Source: Mustelus asterias (taxonomy: Eukaryota). From it: a stretch of DNA of 64,000 bases. The notes under the pieces were generated by a model. The model did not search any database, was not told the DNA's origin, and worked only from the letters and a program-made list of their open reading frames with translations. The stretch spans positions 744,001-808,000 of the forward strand of contig NW_027590151.1 in assembly GCF_964213995.1 (NCBI RefSeq), given 5' to 3'. The position numbers and the translations under genes are program-made. Shown piece after piece: positions 1 through 12,643 of the stretch (position 1 is the first letter of the stretch; each line of letters opens with the position of its first letter).

Positions 1-1297
1 CACTGATATTGTGATCATGTTGTATAATATTGAGGAGTCAAAAAACAAGAAATACGCCTTGCTTTGATCCATCAAATATACTAATTCCTTTCTAAGCCAT
101 CGAGTTGTGACTGAAGTCAAAGTTAAACCATATTTGTGAAAGAAAACTTCATTGTGTCAGATGAGTGAGTCCTTACTTGCTGTGAATGATGAGGGAAAGT
201 TTTCTCTATGGTGCCAACCCTTTTTACCCACAGTCATCTTAGGTCAGTGTCCTGACAAGTTTTTAAATGACATTTAACTGGAGTCTGTCGTACCAGTCCC
301 AACGATTGTGTTTTGGGTGGATCCCATGGAATCTCCTCGAGAGCAGCTTTCCTGGTGAGTCAGTCTGCTTGGTTATTACCGTCACTCCCTTCACTAACTC
401 CTGCTGCTGATCCACCTTCACCTGGCAAATAGCAATTTGTCCTGGACATCCAGTAACATTCCCAATCATTCAGAGTTTGGAGTGGTGAGCAGTGGTTTCC
501 TTTCTGCTGTGGAGAAGTTGTGTTTCCTCCCCCAGAGGGGTAGGTTTTCTGAGGGAATTACAACCAACGTAGCTTTCAGAATATTTGATGATTATGTCGG
601 TAACAGTTTGAACGGCTGTGACCGCAATAACCTCAGAGTTCTGGGCTAACTGTTGCGATTATGGTGGATATTTAGTAAGGATACTACAATTGTTGTGGAG
701 AATCAAACACACAGCTCCACTCTGATACAAACCTTGTTCATAAAACCAACACATGATCACATAAACCCCAGTGCAATGTAATAGTTATTTGTCTTTAACA
801 GGTCCATCGGACATGACCCCTTTTGCCTGACTGAGACGTAGGATTCTTTCATACTGAAACATCCCAGCCAAGTAATAATTATGAAGATTCAGGACGTGAA
901 CGCTTTTTCTTTGTAATTCCATAATTCAACCATTGGCCCTTTAGGATAATGTCACTGCCGTATTTGGGGTCTGCAGAAATATACAATTAAACTCTGCCAG
1001 GCACTTTATGTGCTTAATGGGCACTTTATATCTTCTCAATGAATTAGGCAATCAATCTTTCCACAGGACTGATTTTGTCTGAGAACTATCCGACTGGAAA
1101 ACCTTTTCCATTAAGGCCTCAGAATACTACAGCAGATATACATTGTTCTGGCTGTGGAATTAATTGGATAGATCTTCCAGAGAGCCAGTACAGAGATAAT
1201 GAGCCTAATGGTTTCTATTTGTGCTGTATCATTCTGTAAAAGAGTGAATAATCAGCATCAGGGACAGAGAGAGGAACCAGTGACTGTGCGATTGAAC

Positions 1298-1889
1298 CCA
1301 GTAAGAAGTCTGACAACACCAGGTTAAAGTCCTACAGGTTTATTTGGTAGCACAAGATTTCGGAGTGTTCCTTCTTCTTCAGGTGAGTGAAGAGTTCTGT
1401 TCACAAACAAGGCATACATCGAGACAGACTCAATTTACAAGATGATGGTTGGAATGCGAGTCTTTACAGGTAATCAAGTCTTTACAGGTATAGACAATGT
1501 GAGTGGAGAGAGGGTTAAGCACAGGTTAAAGAGATGTGTATTGTCTCCAGCCAGGACAGTTACTGAGATTTTGCAAGTCCAGGCAAGTCGTGGGGGTTAC
1601 AGATAGTGTGACATGAACCCAAGATCCCGGTTTAGGCCGTCCTCATGTGTGCGGAACTTGGCTATCAGTTTTTGCGCAGCGATTCTGCGTTATCGTGTAT
1701 TGTGAAGGCCGCCTTGGAGAACGCTTTCCCGAAGATCAGAGGCTGAGTGCCCGTGACTGCTGAAGTGTTTCCCGACAGGAAGAGAACACTCCTGCCTGGT
1801 GATTGTCGAGCGGTGTTCATTCACCCGTTGTCGTAACATCTGCATTGTCTCCCCAATGTACCATGCCTCGGGACATCCTTTCCTGCAGC
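1298..1889 (-). mobile_element. Penelope-like element 3' part (GIY-YIG endonuclease remnant + pseudo-LTR with degenerate hammerhead)
   Basis: ORF 1690..1935 contains CRKGCPEAWYIGETMQMLRQRVNEHRS...LPVGKHFSSHGH (PLE GIY-YIG). The terminus GTAAGAAGTCTGACAACACCAGGTTAAAGTCC is shared with copies at 19182 and 35431. Interrupted at ~1890 by a CR1. Confidence 0.85.
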
Positions 1890-1891
1890 TT

Positions 1892-3379
1892 ATAAGAACA
1901 TAAGAACATAAGAAATAGGAGCAGGAGTAGGCCATCTAGCCCCTCGAGCCTGCCCCGCCATTCAATACGATCATGGCTGATCTGAAGTGGATCAGTTCCA
2001 CTTACCCGCCTGGTCCCTATAACCCCTAATTCCCTTACCGATCAGGAATCCATCTCTCCGTGATTTAAACATATTCAACGAGATAGCCTCCACCACTTCA
2101 GTGGGCAGAGAATTCCAGAGATTCACCACCTCTGAGAGAAGAAGTTCCTCCTCAACTCTGTCCTAAACTGACCCCCCTTTATTTTGAGGCTGTGCCCTCT
2201 AGTTCCAGCTTCCTTTCTAAGTGGAAAGAATCTCTCCACTTCTACCCTATCCAGCCCCTTCATTATTTTATATGCCTCTGTACGATCACCCCTCAACCTT
2301 CTAAACTCCAACGAATACAAACCCAATCTGCTCAATCTCTCCTCATAATTTACACCCCTCAACTCCGGTATCAACCTGGTGAACCTTCTCTGCACTCCCT
2401 CCAAGGCCAATATATCCTTTCGCAAGTAAGGGGACCAAAACTGCACACAGTATTCCAGCTGCGGCCTCACCAATGCCTTGTACAGATGCAGCAAGACTTC
2501 TCTGCTTTTATATTCTATCCCCCTGGTGATAAATACCAACATCCCATTTGCCTTCTTGATCACCTGTTGTACTTGCAGACTGAGTTTTTGCGACTCATGC
2601 ACAAGGACCCCCAGGTCCCTCTGCACAGTAGCATGTTGTAATTTTTTTCCATTTAAATAATAAACCAATTTACTATTATTTCTTCCAAAGTGGATAACCT
2701 CGCATTTGCTAACGTTATACTCCATCTGCCAGATCCTCGCCCACTCACTCAGCCTATTCAAATCTCTCTGCAGACCCTCCACTTCCTCCACGCAATTCAC
2801 TTTCCCACTCATCTTCGTGTCATCAGCAAACTTTGTTACCCTACACTCAGACCCCTCCTCCAGATCATCTATGTAAATAGTAAACAGTTGAGGCCCCAGT
2901 ACCGATCCCTGCGGCACGCCACTAGTCACCATCTGCCAACCAGAAAAGCACCCATTTATTCCAACTCTCTGCTTCCTGTTAGATAGCCAATCCCCAATCC
3001 ACGCTAACACCCTACCCCCAACTCCGTGTGCCCCAATCTTCTGCAGCAACCTTTTGTGAGGCACCTTATCGAATGCCCTTTGGAAATCCAAAAACACCAC
3101 ATCTACTGGTTCCACTCCGTCAACCGCACTAGTCACATCTTCATAAAAATCCAGTAAGTTCGTCAAACACGACTTTCCTCTCATGAATCCATGCTGCGTC
3201 TGCTTGATCGAACCATTCTTATCCAGATGGCCTGCTATTCCTTCTTTAATGATGGATTCCAGCATTTTCCCAACTACAGACGTTAAGCTAACCGGCCTGT
3301 AGTTACCCGCCTTTTGTCTACTTCCTTTTTTAAACAGCGGCGTAACAGTAGCCGTTTTCCAATCAGCTGGAACTACCCT
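1892..3379 (-). mobile_element. CR1-type LINE, 5'-truncated, fairly young
   Basis: ORF 2123..3265 has QHGF..GKSCLTNL, DFQRAFDKVPH, SGVPQGSVLGP and KFADDTK motifs. (ATAAGAAC)n tail at 1892-1915 on the + strand. Confidence 0.95.
2123..3265 (-). pseudogene. CR1 ORF2 reverse transcriptase C-terminal portion; 1-nt frameshift near the C-terminus
   Basis: RT motifs are intact. The ORF ends FFSQRW* where the expected continuation VVNLWNSLP lies in the adjacent frame. No endonuclease domain. Confidence 0.85.
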
Positions 3380-3439
3380 CTGACTGGACCAAAAATGTCT
3401 GAAATATACAGACTGGGCTCACTTCCTTTCCCTTCAGTG

Positions 3440-4881
3440 GCTAAGGGTGGACAAGTCACCAGGATCCAATGAACTGCACGCTAGGCTTTTAATGGAGGTT
3501 GCTGAAGAGATTGTGGAGAATTTTGTTGAAATTTTTCGTAACTCCCTAGATTCCGGGAGAGTATCAGAAGATTGGCAATCAGCCAATGTGATGACCTTGG
3601 TCAAAAAGGGAGAAGGCAGAAGGCAGGGAACTATAGGTCAGTTAATTTAACATCTATTATTGGCAAGACGCTGGAGTCAATAACCAAAGAGCAAATAGCT
3701 AATCATTTAGGAAAGCTGAATATAATCAAACCTCGTCAACATTGTTCTATGAAAGGTAAATCATGTTTGACAAATTTCCTTGAATTGTTTGAGGATGTGA
3801 GAAGGAGGGTAGATCAAGAGAAATCTGTACTTGTAGTTTATTTAAAAAGGGCGCCACGGCAGCACAGTGGTTAGCACTGCTGCTTCACAGTGCCAGGGAC
3901 CCAGGTTCAATCCCGGCCTTGGGTGACAGTCTGTGTGGAGTATGCACATTCTCTCCATGTCTGTGTGGATTTCTGAGTGCTCCAGATTCTTCCCACAGTC
4001 CAAAGATGTGTGGGTTAGATTGATTGGCCATGCTAAATTGCCCCTTTGTGTCCCTATAGATGTAGATTAGGTGGATTAGTGGGGTGAAAATGTGGGGCTA
4101 CAGGGATAGGGCCTGGGAAAGATGAGTCAAGAGTTGGGGAAGATGCAATAAAGTCACCCCTCTGTCTCCAAAACATGGCAAATGGAGTTTAAAGTGTGAG
4201 GTCATGTATTTCAGTCAGAGGAATCAACAGGATGATGATCTAAATGGAAAGGGGCTGCCGGTGAGTGAAGTACAGCGGGATCTTGGTGTTCTTGTGCATG
4301 AATCACAAAAAGCTGGCAGGCAGGTCCCACATGAGGTAAGAAGGAAAATGGCATTTTGGCTTTTATTGCAAAGGGGTTGGAGTTTAAAAACAGGGAGGTT
4401 TTGTTGCAACTGTACAGTGTGTTGGTGATGCCTCACCTGGAATCGTGCATACAGTTTTCATCCCCTTCCATAAACAAGGATACAGTAATATTCAACATAG
4501 TCCAAAAGGAAATTCACCAGGCTAATTCCTGGATGGGAGGGTTGTCCTATCAAGAGGGAGGAAATTGTCACGGTCTGTGTTCCTTGAAGTTTTGAAGACA
4601 AAGGGGTGATTGAAACATATAAGATCCTGAGGGGGCTTGACAAGGTAGATGGTGAGATATTTTCACGAGTGGGAGAGTCTCAAACAAAATAAATACCTCA
4701 TTGAATGTTTTTAAGGCAAAGATAGATAAATTTTTGAACAGTAAAGGAATTAAGGGTTATGGTAAGCAAGCAGGTAAGTGGAGCTCAGTCCACGAAAAGA
4801 TCAGCCGTGATCTTATTGAATGGCAGAGCAGGCTCGAGGGGCCAGATGGCCTACTCTTGCTCCTAGTTCTTATGTTCTTAT
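3440..4881 (+). mobile_element. Degenerate CR1 LINE fragments, split by a SINE, ending in a CR1 3' UTR/tail
   Basis: Translated pieces DKSPG, NYRSVNLTSIIGK, KGKSCLTNFLELFE, VQRDLGVLVHESQK. TTCTTATGTTCTTAT tail at ~4867-4881. Confidence 0.85.
3848..4140 (+). mobile_element. HE1/V-SINE-like tRNA-derived SINE
   Basis: A-box-like CACAGTGGTTAG, B-box-like GGTTCAATCCC and conserved TGTGTGGAG...CCCACAGTCCAAAGATGTG body; many copies in the window. Confidence 0.85.
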
Positions 4882-5003
4882 AAGCACTGATTCCAGATTG
4901 TTCAATACTTCTACATTGAATCCCTCTCCTTTCCTTCTCCATATGTACTCTATGATGTACCGATCATGGTGCCCGAACTAAACTAAAACAAAAACCTTCT
5001 GAC

Positions 5004-5346
5004 TCATAGAAACCATAGAAACATAGAAACCCTACAGCACAGAAGGAGGCCATTCGGCCCATCGAGTCTGCACTGACCACAATCCCACCCAGGCCCTATC
5101 CCCATACCCATGCATATTTTACCCACTAATCCCTCTAACCTACGCATCTCAGGACACTAAGGGCAATTTTAGCATGGCCAATCAACCTAACCCGCACATC
5201 TTTGGACTGTGGGAGGAAACCGGAGTACCCGGAGGAAACCCACGCAGACACGAGGAGAATGTGCAAACTCCACACAGACGGTGACCCAAGCCGGGAATCG
5301 AACCCAGGTCCCTGGAGCAGTGCTAACCACTGTGCTACCGTGCCGC
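5004..5346 (-). mobile_element. HE1/V-SINE-like SINE with CR1-type (TTCTATG)n tail
   Basis: Near full-length reverse copy; CATAGAAAC repeats at 5005-5030. Confidence 0.9.
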
Positions 5347-5447
5347 AACTAGGGATGGGTAATAAATGCTGGCCAGCCAGCGACGCCCATGTCCCACGAA
5401 TGAGTAAAAGAAATCACAGAATTATTTTGATTCAAAGTTGAGACCTT

Positions 5448-5967
5448 ATCCACACACAGAACACGAGTAGAGTCTCTCCCGCTGTGAATGCTGTAATATT
5501 TTTTCAGGCTGTGTAACTAGTTAAAGCTCTTTCCACAGTCAGTGCACTGGAACACTCTCATTCGAGTATGTGTGTGTCTCGGTGATTTGCCACTCCCATT
5601 GATGTTTAAAACTTTCTGAAGCAGACGGTACAGAGAAGCATTTCTTCTTCTGGATTCAAAGGCCAATGATAATCAGATCCTGATGAATTGAGTGAGGACG
5701 GGACGTTTGCTTTGAGATTTCTGTCACCTGATATCCTGTAAAAGGAGTTTACAAAAGTAATCACTCAGTACAAGATAGAAATTCAGAACAGATAATTCTA
5801 GTTTCTAAGGAACATTCTTTCCCCTCTCATTCCACAAAGGCTGTAAATCTCCATCCCACACACTCTCCCTCCATTCTCACTCTGCTGTATCTAATATTCA
5901 CCCTCCCAATTCTCCTGAAGGTGCTGATTGAGGCTGATTGACAGATCCATGCTCACTGCTTCCTGTC
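5448..5967 (-). pseudogene. Truncated ZNF gene remnant (acceptor block + fossil-finger leader only)
   Basis: Reverse-complement homolog of 7930-8560 and 55215-55950. Reads ..VFQCTDCGKSFN*LHSLKK..; the finger array is missing. Confidence 0.75.
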
Positions 5968-6399
5968 AATCTTTTCGGTAAAACAATTAAACTAAATCAA
6001 ATCAACTGAGGACAAATAAACATTCTGTTGAATCTTTTTGGCAAAACAATTAAACTTGAAAGAAATCACTAACTATTCTGTTAATCTTTTTGGCAAAACA
6101 AGTGGACCAAATTAAATTAAATGTGGGACAGATCAAAATGGGCAGACCTCAAAAAGAAGGGAATCGCCTGCCCTGGACACAGAGAGCTGGAAATCTCCAT
6201 GCAGGCGGCCAGACAGATATATGTCTATATGACTGGAGTAACAATGTGTGGAATGTACAGACTGGATTCACTTCCTTTACCTTCAGTTGCTGCAAGTTCC
6301 CAATTTCCCCCAGAATGAGAAAAGAAATGGAAAGGGGGAAAACATTGATTTCCTCCCAGATGGTGCAGAGGAGGGAGTTTCACTCTGAAGCTCATTGGA

Positions 6400-6905
6400 C
6401 AACATCCGCACGGTGACGTCACAACGGAGCCCTGCCTGAATCAACCAATAGACATCAGCCTGCTCCGCGATGACGTCCTGGGGTTCCAGTGCGCAGGCTC
6501 GGCGAGCGGACGCGGGAACCCCGCCCCCACCCATGTTCCCCTCCCCCAGCACCTCCTCGAGCCAAGGTTTCCAGGCAACCGGCTGGCGGCTCCGGCCAGA
6601 GCGAGAAGCCGCTCGGTGATCTCCCCCCCACTACCAGGGACTGCGCATGTCCAAGGGAGAGGGGCAATTGCGCATGTGCGGAGATCGGCCCACTCCCCCC
6701 CGACGTCAATGCTGAGGTATTGACCAATGGGAAGACTTGGAGGACCGGAAGTAAGTTTCTCCTGCCGCCAACCAGACCTTCCCCATTGTCTGAACGCGGA
6801 AACAGGACAGTGAGCTTGTTCACCCGGAAAGCTGCTGCTCTCTCTGTGAATGAAGATTGAGTACAGACAGACTCAAACTTCCTCCTGTCTTCAGCATCTG
6901 TGAGT
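6400..6905. promoter_or_regulatory. CpG-rich bidirectional promoter with first exon
   Basis: CRE-like TGACGTC (6413, 6471), NRF1-like TGCGCATG (6642, 6670), CCAAT, ETS-like CCGGAAGT (~6745), donor ATCT|GTGAGT at ~6900. Flanked by inverted homologous arms. Confidence 0.7.
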
Positions 6906-7481
6906 AAAACACTTTCTTTTCTCCCCCTTTCCATTTCTTTTCTCATTCTGGGGGGAAATTGGGGAGTTGCAGCAACTGAAGGGAAACGAAGTGAATCCAG
7001 GGACGCTGCAGACTCTGGAAAGGTTGGCCCAGGTCTCTCTCTTTCAAAGACATTGACATCCTTTGCTCCCGCAGCTTGACACATTTATTTGTCTGGCTCA
7101 AAGCATGGTCTCTTTCCGAATTAAAGCGCTGGTTTCCCCAGGAGATGACTGACATTTAAGGGGACAATAAATTAATATAGGACAGAGATATGTCTAGTGT
7201 TGTTTATGGGACAGATTAGATGTATTATTTATGGTTCTGTAATGAAATACATTTATTATTATGTCTGGTTTTGTAATATAATACTGTAGATATGTTATAC
7301 ATTTCCAGTCTTGGTCATTACAGCACAGAAGGAGTTCATTCAGTAATACAAGTCCATGCCGAATCTCGTTTCAGCTTCATCTCAACTTCGGCTGCATTTG
7401 AGATGCTGACCTCCCTCTGGGAGAAAAGGTTTTTCCTCTTGCCCCCTGTAAACCATCTACCAGTCACTTTAAATCTATGCA

Positions 7482-7620
7482 AAAAAGCAAAATAGTGCGG
7501 ATGCTGCAATCTGAAAAAAACACACAGAAAATGCTGAAAAATCTCAGCAGGTCTGACAGCATCAGTGGCGAGAGAATGGAGCCAACATTTAAAGTCTGGT
7601 TGACCCTTCATCAGACTCTT
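7482..7620 (-). mobile_element. Short Penelope-derived element with degenerate hammerhead core
   Basis: Reverse strand CTGATGAAGGGTCAACCAGACTTTAAATGTTGGCTC followed by the shared CAGACCTGCTGAGATTTTTCAGCATTTTCTG tail; related copies at 10590, 11850, 14510 and 19890. Confidence 0.6.
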
Positions 7621-8588
7621 GACCTCTGACATTTTCAGTGTTATGCCTATGTTCCCTGTTAATCGCTCCTCGACTGTGGGAAACATGTCAGTCCTTTTTA
7701 CCCTTTCTCGGCCTCTCATAATTTTCAAGTCCTGGTTACATTCAGTCAGTCCCGTTACCCCTCCATATCCCCATTGCAAGTAAATTTGCCAGTTTATTAC
7801 CTTCTGGTGCCATCTACCTCCACTTCCACATGCTGCTGAAATCAAGTTCTTCCACTCATCCCCCATATATCCAGTAACACAATACTGTGTATTACATGGG
7901 TTTTTTAGTCCAGTTAACACATAAAATCGGTGAGCATGGATCTGTTGGTCAGCAAGAATTGGTCCCTTCAGGAGAATTGGGAGGGTGAATATTAGATACA
8001 GCAGAGTGAGAATTGAGGGAGAGTGTGTGGGATGGAGATTTACAGCTTTTGGGGAATGAGAAAGGAAAGAATATTCAATAGAAACTAGAATTGTCTGTTC
8101 TGAATTTCTATCCTGTACTGACTCTGATTTCTTTTGTAAACTCCTTTTACAGGATATCAGAAGGTGAGGATTTACAGACAAAAGTCAACATTTGACAGAG
8201 TCTCCCAATTCATCGGGACCTTAACATCGGCCTTTGAATCTAGGAGGAGGATATTACAGGATATTGAAAGAGGAATCACAGGCCATAATCTCAAACGTCA
8301 TGTCCAGATCTGACAGAGTCAAATTCCTTTGGACCTGAATATCATCGGCCTTGAGTCTAGAAGGAGGAATGGTTATCCAGTCTGCCGATTTGAAAAGATT
8401 TCAAACACCAGTAAGTCTGGAAAAGCACCAACACACTGCCACACTCAAGTGAGAGTATTCCAGTGCACTGAATAAAGAGGTTTAACCAGTTACACAGCCT
8501 GAATAAATATCACACCATTCCCAAAGGGAAGAGACTCTACCCGTGTTCTGTGTGTGGATGGAGCTTTAACTGATTGTCCATCTGAGCC

Positions 8589-9179
8589 ATGGAGAAACCA
8601 TGGAAATGTGCAGACTGTGGGAAGAGATACAGAGCCCCATCAGAGCTGGAAGCTCATCGGCGCAGCCACACTGGGGAGAGACCATTCATCTGCTCTCAGT
8701 GTGGGAAGGGATTCACTGAGTCAGGCCACCTGCAGCAACACCAGCGAGTTCACACTGGGGAGAAACCATTCACCTGCTCTCAGTGCGGGAAGGGATTCAC
8801 TCGGTTATCCAGCCTGCAGACACACCAGCGAGTTCACACTGGGGAGAGGCCGTTCACCTGCTCTCAGTGTGGGAAGAATTACAGTCAATCATCCCACCTG
8901 CATTCACACCAGCGAGTTCACACTGGGGAGAGGCCGTATATCTGCATTCAGTGTGGAAAGGAATTCGCTTTGTATTCTGAATGGCGGAGACACCAGCGAG
9001 TTCATACTGGGGAGAGGCCGTTCACCTGCTCTCAGTGTGGGAAGGGATTCATTCAGTCTTCAGACTTGCAGAGACACCAGCGAGTTCACACTGGGGAGAG
9101 GCCGTTCACTTGCTCTCAGTGTGGGAAGCGATTCATAGTTTCATCTCAGCTGCTGAAACATCAACAAGTTCACGAGTGA
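8589..9179 (+). CDS. C2H2 zinc-finger protein, 7 tandem fingers, no effector domain
   Basis: GCCATGG start, [10 protein letters not shown], 7 CxxC-x12-HxxxH units with TGE(R/K)P linkers; acceptor TTTTACAG at ~8152. Confidence 0.9.
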   Translation: MEKPWKCADCGKRYRAPSELEAHRRSHTGERPFICSQCGKGFTESGHLQQHQRVHTGEKPFTCSQCGKGFTRLSSLQTHQRVHTGERPFTCSQCGKNYSQSSHLHSHQRVHTGERPYICIQCGKEFALYSEWRRHQRVHTGERPFTCSQCGKGFIQSSDLQRHQRVHTGERPFTCSQCGKRFIVSSQLLKHQQVHE

Positions 9180-9419
9180 TTCCAGGGGTTGGATTCTGCT
9201 GTGATTGTTTCTGCTCTCAATTACATCCAGGACTGCATTTTGTTCATTCTCACAGTTGATCAATGGGGAGGGTCAGAGGGTTTCTTTCTGCTGGACTGGC
9301 CGGTCTCATGACTTTTCGTCCAGGGGGCCGATGCTCTTTGAGCCTTTTGTGAATACCTGGATTCAGATTTCACAAGGATCACAGAGTGACAGGTTATTTG
9401 GAGGTTAAGAGATAATTAG

Positions 9420-9730
9420 TCAGCATTTCTGTTTGAAACCCCACAAATGTCCATCCAATTTCCTTTGTAATTGTTTATTGTCTCCACTTCCTCCTCCCTC
9501 GTAGGCAGCGAGTTCCAGGTCATTACCATTCGCTGCATCAAAATATTCTTCCTCACATCCCCCCTGCATCTCTGATCCAGAACCTTAAATCTGTGTCCTC
9601 CTCGTCCTTGTCCCATCAGCTAATGGGAACAGCTTTTCTTTGTCCACCTTATCTAAACCTGTCAGAATCTTGTCCACCTCGATCAAATCTCCCCTCAACC
9701 TCCTTTGCTCCAAGGGGAACAACCCCAGCC
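9420..9730 (-). mobile_element. CR1 LINE 3' fragment
   Basis: Translation GHRFKVL..RGDVRKN..QRMVMTWNSLP, typical CR1 ORF2 C-terminus. Confidence 0.75.
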
Positions 9731-10589
9731 TGACATTGACAATAAAGAACAAACTAACAGAATATGTTAATACCTGAAATCAAATGGGAATGTTTAATTT
9801 CTGTTTTAAAGATATTGTGAATATATTATCCTGGACAATAAAGAAATTGCAATAACTCACCTTGGGTGTGGTTGAATGGAATATATCAATCTGGAATCCA
9901 CCTACAGTCTCGTGAAAGTCTGGAATGTGTAGCTGGAAATCGCTCCCTAACAGCACTGTGGGTGTACTTACACCTCAGGCATTATAACAGTTCAAGAAGG
10001 CAGTGTTGGGGTTGACCATGGCCGAGGCAGCTACAGACAGCCACATATTCTGTTATAATTGAAGGACTGCAGATTGAATGTGAGGCATTATGGGACTGGA
10101 CTATCTTGACCACATTCCTGTGACTGCTCAGTTACTGCAATCACGGACCATTAAAGCTGCTTAGCAGGGCCCCGACAGAGGAGCTGGTGAGAATATTTAC
10201 TCAGAATGAGTTAGAATTAAACTTGTTCCAGGACCGGCTGGTGTTCAGCGGCTGAGATACCCGAATCTGTGAAGAGGAGGTCTGACCAATCAACAAACAG
10301 TGGCAGATAGTTGGTTAAGAAGTTAATAAGCGTTCTCAGGCATTATTTAAATTATTTTATCCCAAATTTGTGATAAGAACTTTGAGGGACTTGTGACCCG
10401 TTAGTCGGTGAAGTAACGGTATACTCCAAATAGCACTGGACTGAAAAGCAGACCTCAGAGTAGATTCTAATGGTTATAAACTGACCCAAGCATGGCCAGT
10501 GAAAAATCAGAACTTGAGTGGGGACTGGACAGATCTCTTACCTGCTATTTGGAAACTAAGAACAAGAAACTTATCGATAAAATTATTAG

Positions 10590-10760
10590 AGAATAGAGCC
10601 AACGTTTCGAGTCTGGAAGACACTTCATAACAGCTCTTGTAAAGGGTCATCCATATCTGAAACATTGGCTCTATTCTCTCTCCACAGACGCTGTCAGACC
10701 TGCTGACATTTTCCAGCATTTTCTGTTTTTGTTTCAGATTCCAGAATCTGCAGTATTTAA
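10590..10760 (+). mobile_element. Penelope-derived element with inverted (fold-back) hammerhead region
   Basis: AGAGCCAACGTTTCGAG...CTGAAACATTGGCTCT imperfect palindrome followed by the shared PLE tail. Confidence 0.6.
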
Positions 10761-12049
10761 CTTTTATGATAAAATGATTAGTTCTGATTGGAATCCCCAC
10801 GACCCTCCCGCAAAACAGAGGGAGTGGTGGCAAAGGGAGAAAAAGGATAAGGATGATAAAGTCTGGGTTCTGATTCTCCGAGTTCATGGAGAATCAACAA
10901 AATGAGTGAACCAGTTTATAAAGAACAGAAGTTACCCATCCCTAACAAAAACTGATCAAATAAAAATAATTAGGTTGTGGAATATAACAAAAAAATTAAG
11001 AGCTGAAGTTTACAATCGAGTTTGTTTTGATTTTTATACTTGTGTAAAGTGGGATTATTGTGTGCCAATTTTTTTCTGCTCACTCCCCATCCCTTTAGGT
11101 TCTGTAGAAAAGTTAACCCTTTCAGCAGACAGTTCATTTCTTTTCAAATCATCTGAAAACTCGTGTCTATTTTAGTTTATAATTGAAGATTTATGGGAAT
11201 TGGCTAAGATGGGCTTTTGACATTTTTAAAGTATAAAAAAGTGGTCTTGAGAAGGCAATTTGGTAGAGAGAGGTGGAGGGAGAGATGTTTACAGAGAGGT
11301 GTGGAGAGCTGTTGGTTTTACAAGTTATCCACGTTTTCAGAGCCATCACTTCATGTCCTGGTCTGAGAGGGATGGAGAGAAGTCTGTTCAATTGTTAATG
11401 TTAAGCTTTCTCTATTAACTGTTAATCGATACTTTGCCTTTTATCATTCTGACTTGTTACATTTTTAATGGTTAATTAACTTTCTGAATTCACCATTTAA
11501 ATTGTTCTGTCTAGCCACATGGTTGAGACACTGGAACCTGGTGTGATTTACGATTAGGGAGATTATTGTAAACAAGAGAACCCCCATAAATCTTAGTTCA
11601 AATAAATCAAAGTTCTTACAAATGGAATGCAATCTTTTATTACGAGAGAAATTGAACAGAGAAGTAAAGATGTTCTGCTTCAGTTATACAGGGCGTTGCT
11701 GAAACTGCATCTTGAATAGGGGCTGCAGTTTTGTCTCCTATTTAAGAAATGATACAAATGCATTGAGAGTGGTTCAGAGGAGGTTTAATAGATTGCTTCC
11801 CAATTCTTGACCCTCACAGGATAAATTTTGTCCAATTTTCCTTGTCTTCACCTCTGACAAAAAGTCATCCTGACTCAAAATGTTGTGTCTATTCTCTCTT
11901 TACAGATGATATCAGACTTGCTGAGATTGTCCAGCATTTTCTGTTTTTGTTTCAGATTCCAACAACAGCAGAATTTTGCCTTTATACCAACTGTTGTTGG
12001 ATAAGGGCATCAAAAATATCGGGTGTGGAACGAGAATGTGGAACGCAAC

Positions 12050-12643
12050 TGTTATGGTGAAATTAAAATGATGGACACAAAATGGTTACCTGGCACACAA
12101 AATGGACTCTGGGAAGGGACATTAAAAGGCACTGGCTTTGGGCACAGACAGTTACACAAAGAGTTAAAACCTGCAGTATCTGAATTGCTGCAGGAAGCTG
12201 GTCAGACCTGGGGCACTTTAAGACTTGAGATAAGAGCAGACCCAGAACAATGAGCTTGATAAAATCCGCCACTGATGGAGACATGAATACATAAATGTAT
12301 ATATCGAAACCAGTCATTGATAGAGGACATAACTGCATAAATGTATCCATTCTATGTATAATGATGTGTTAACTGTCCATGTCCGTACCTGTCTGCTTGG
12401 AACGATGTGTTAATTGTCGATGTCCGTATCTGCCTACTCAACTTGTAACGATGTGTTAACGGCTAATGTCTGTACTATCTATTGTCTAAAAGGTATAAAG
12501 ATGCTCAACTACCATTGTGTAGTTGAGAAGGTCGCTGCCAAGTACTGCGGAGTACCAATGCTTTCTCCCAAAGCTTTGTCCGAAATAAAACTGTTTTGTT
12601 GAACCTCCAAGTCTGACTCCGAAGTGGTAAATTTCCCACAACG
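12050..12643 (+). mobile_element. Solo LTR (~595 bp) inserted in a CR1 3' UTR
   Basis: Starts TGTTATGGTGAAATT and ends AATTTCCCACAACG (imperfect terminal IR). CAAC is duplicated on both sides. TATAAA at ~12494, AATAAA at ~12584, three internal GATGTGTTAA repeats. CR1 3' UTR resumes at 12648. Confidence 0.75.

Noticed and set aside
4967-4980. TGGTGCCCGAAC resembling a tRNA-Lys primer-binding site
   Set aside because: Short match with no adjacent LTR end.
7336-8181. 281-aa minus-strand ORF
   Set aside because: Patchwork over intron, CR1 and Penelope fragments; non-ATG start; no coherent domain.
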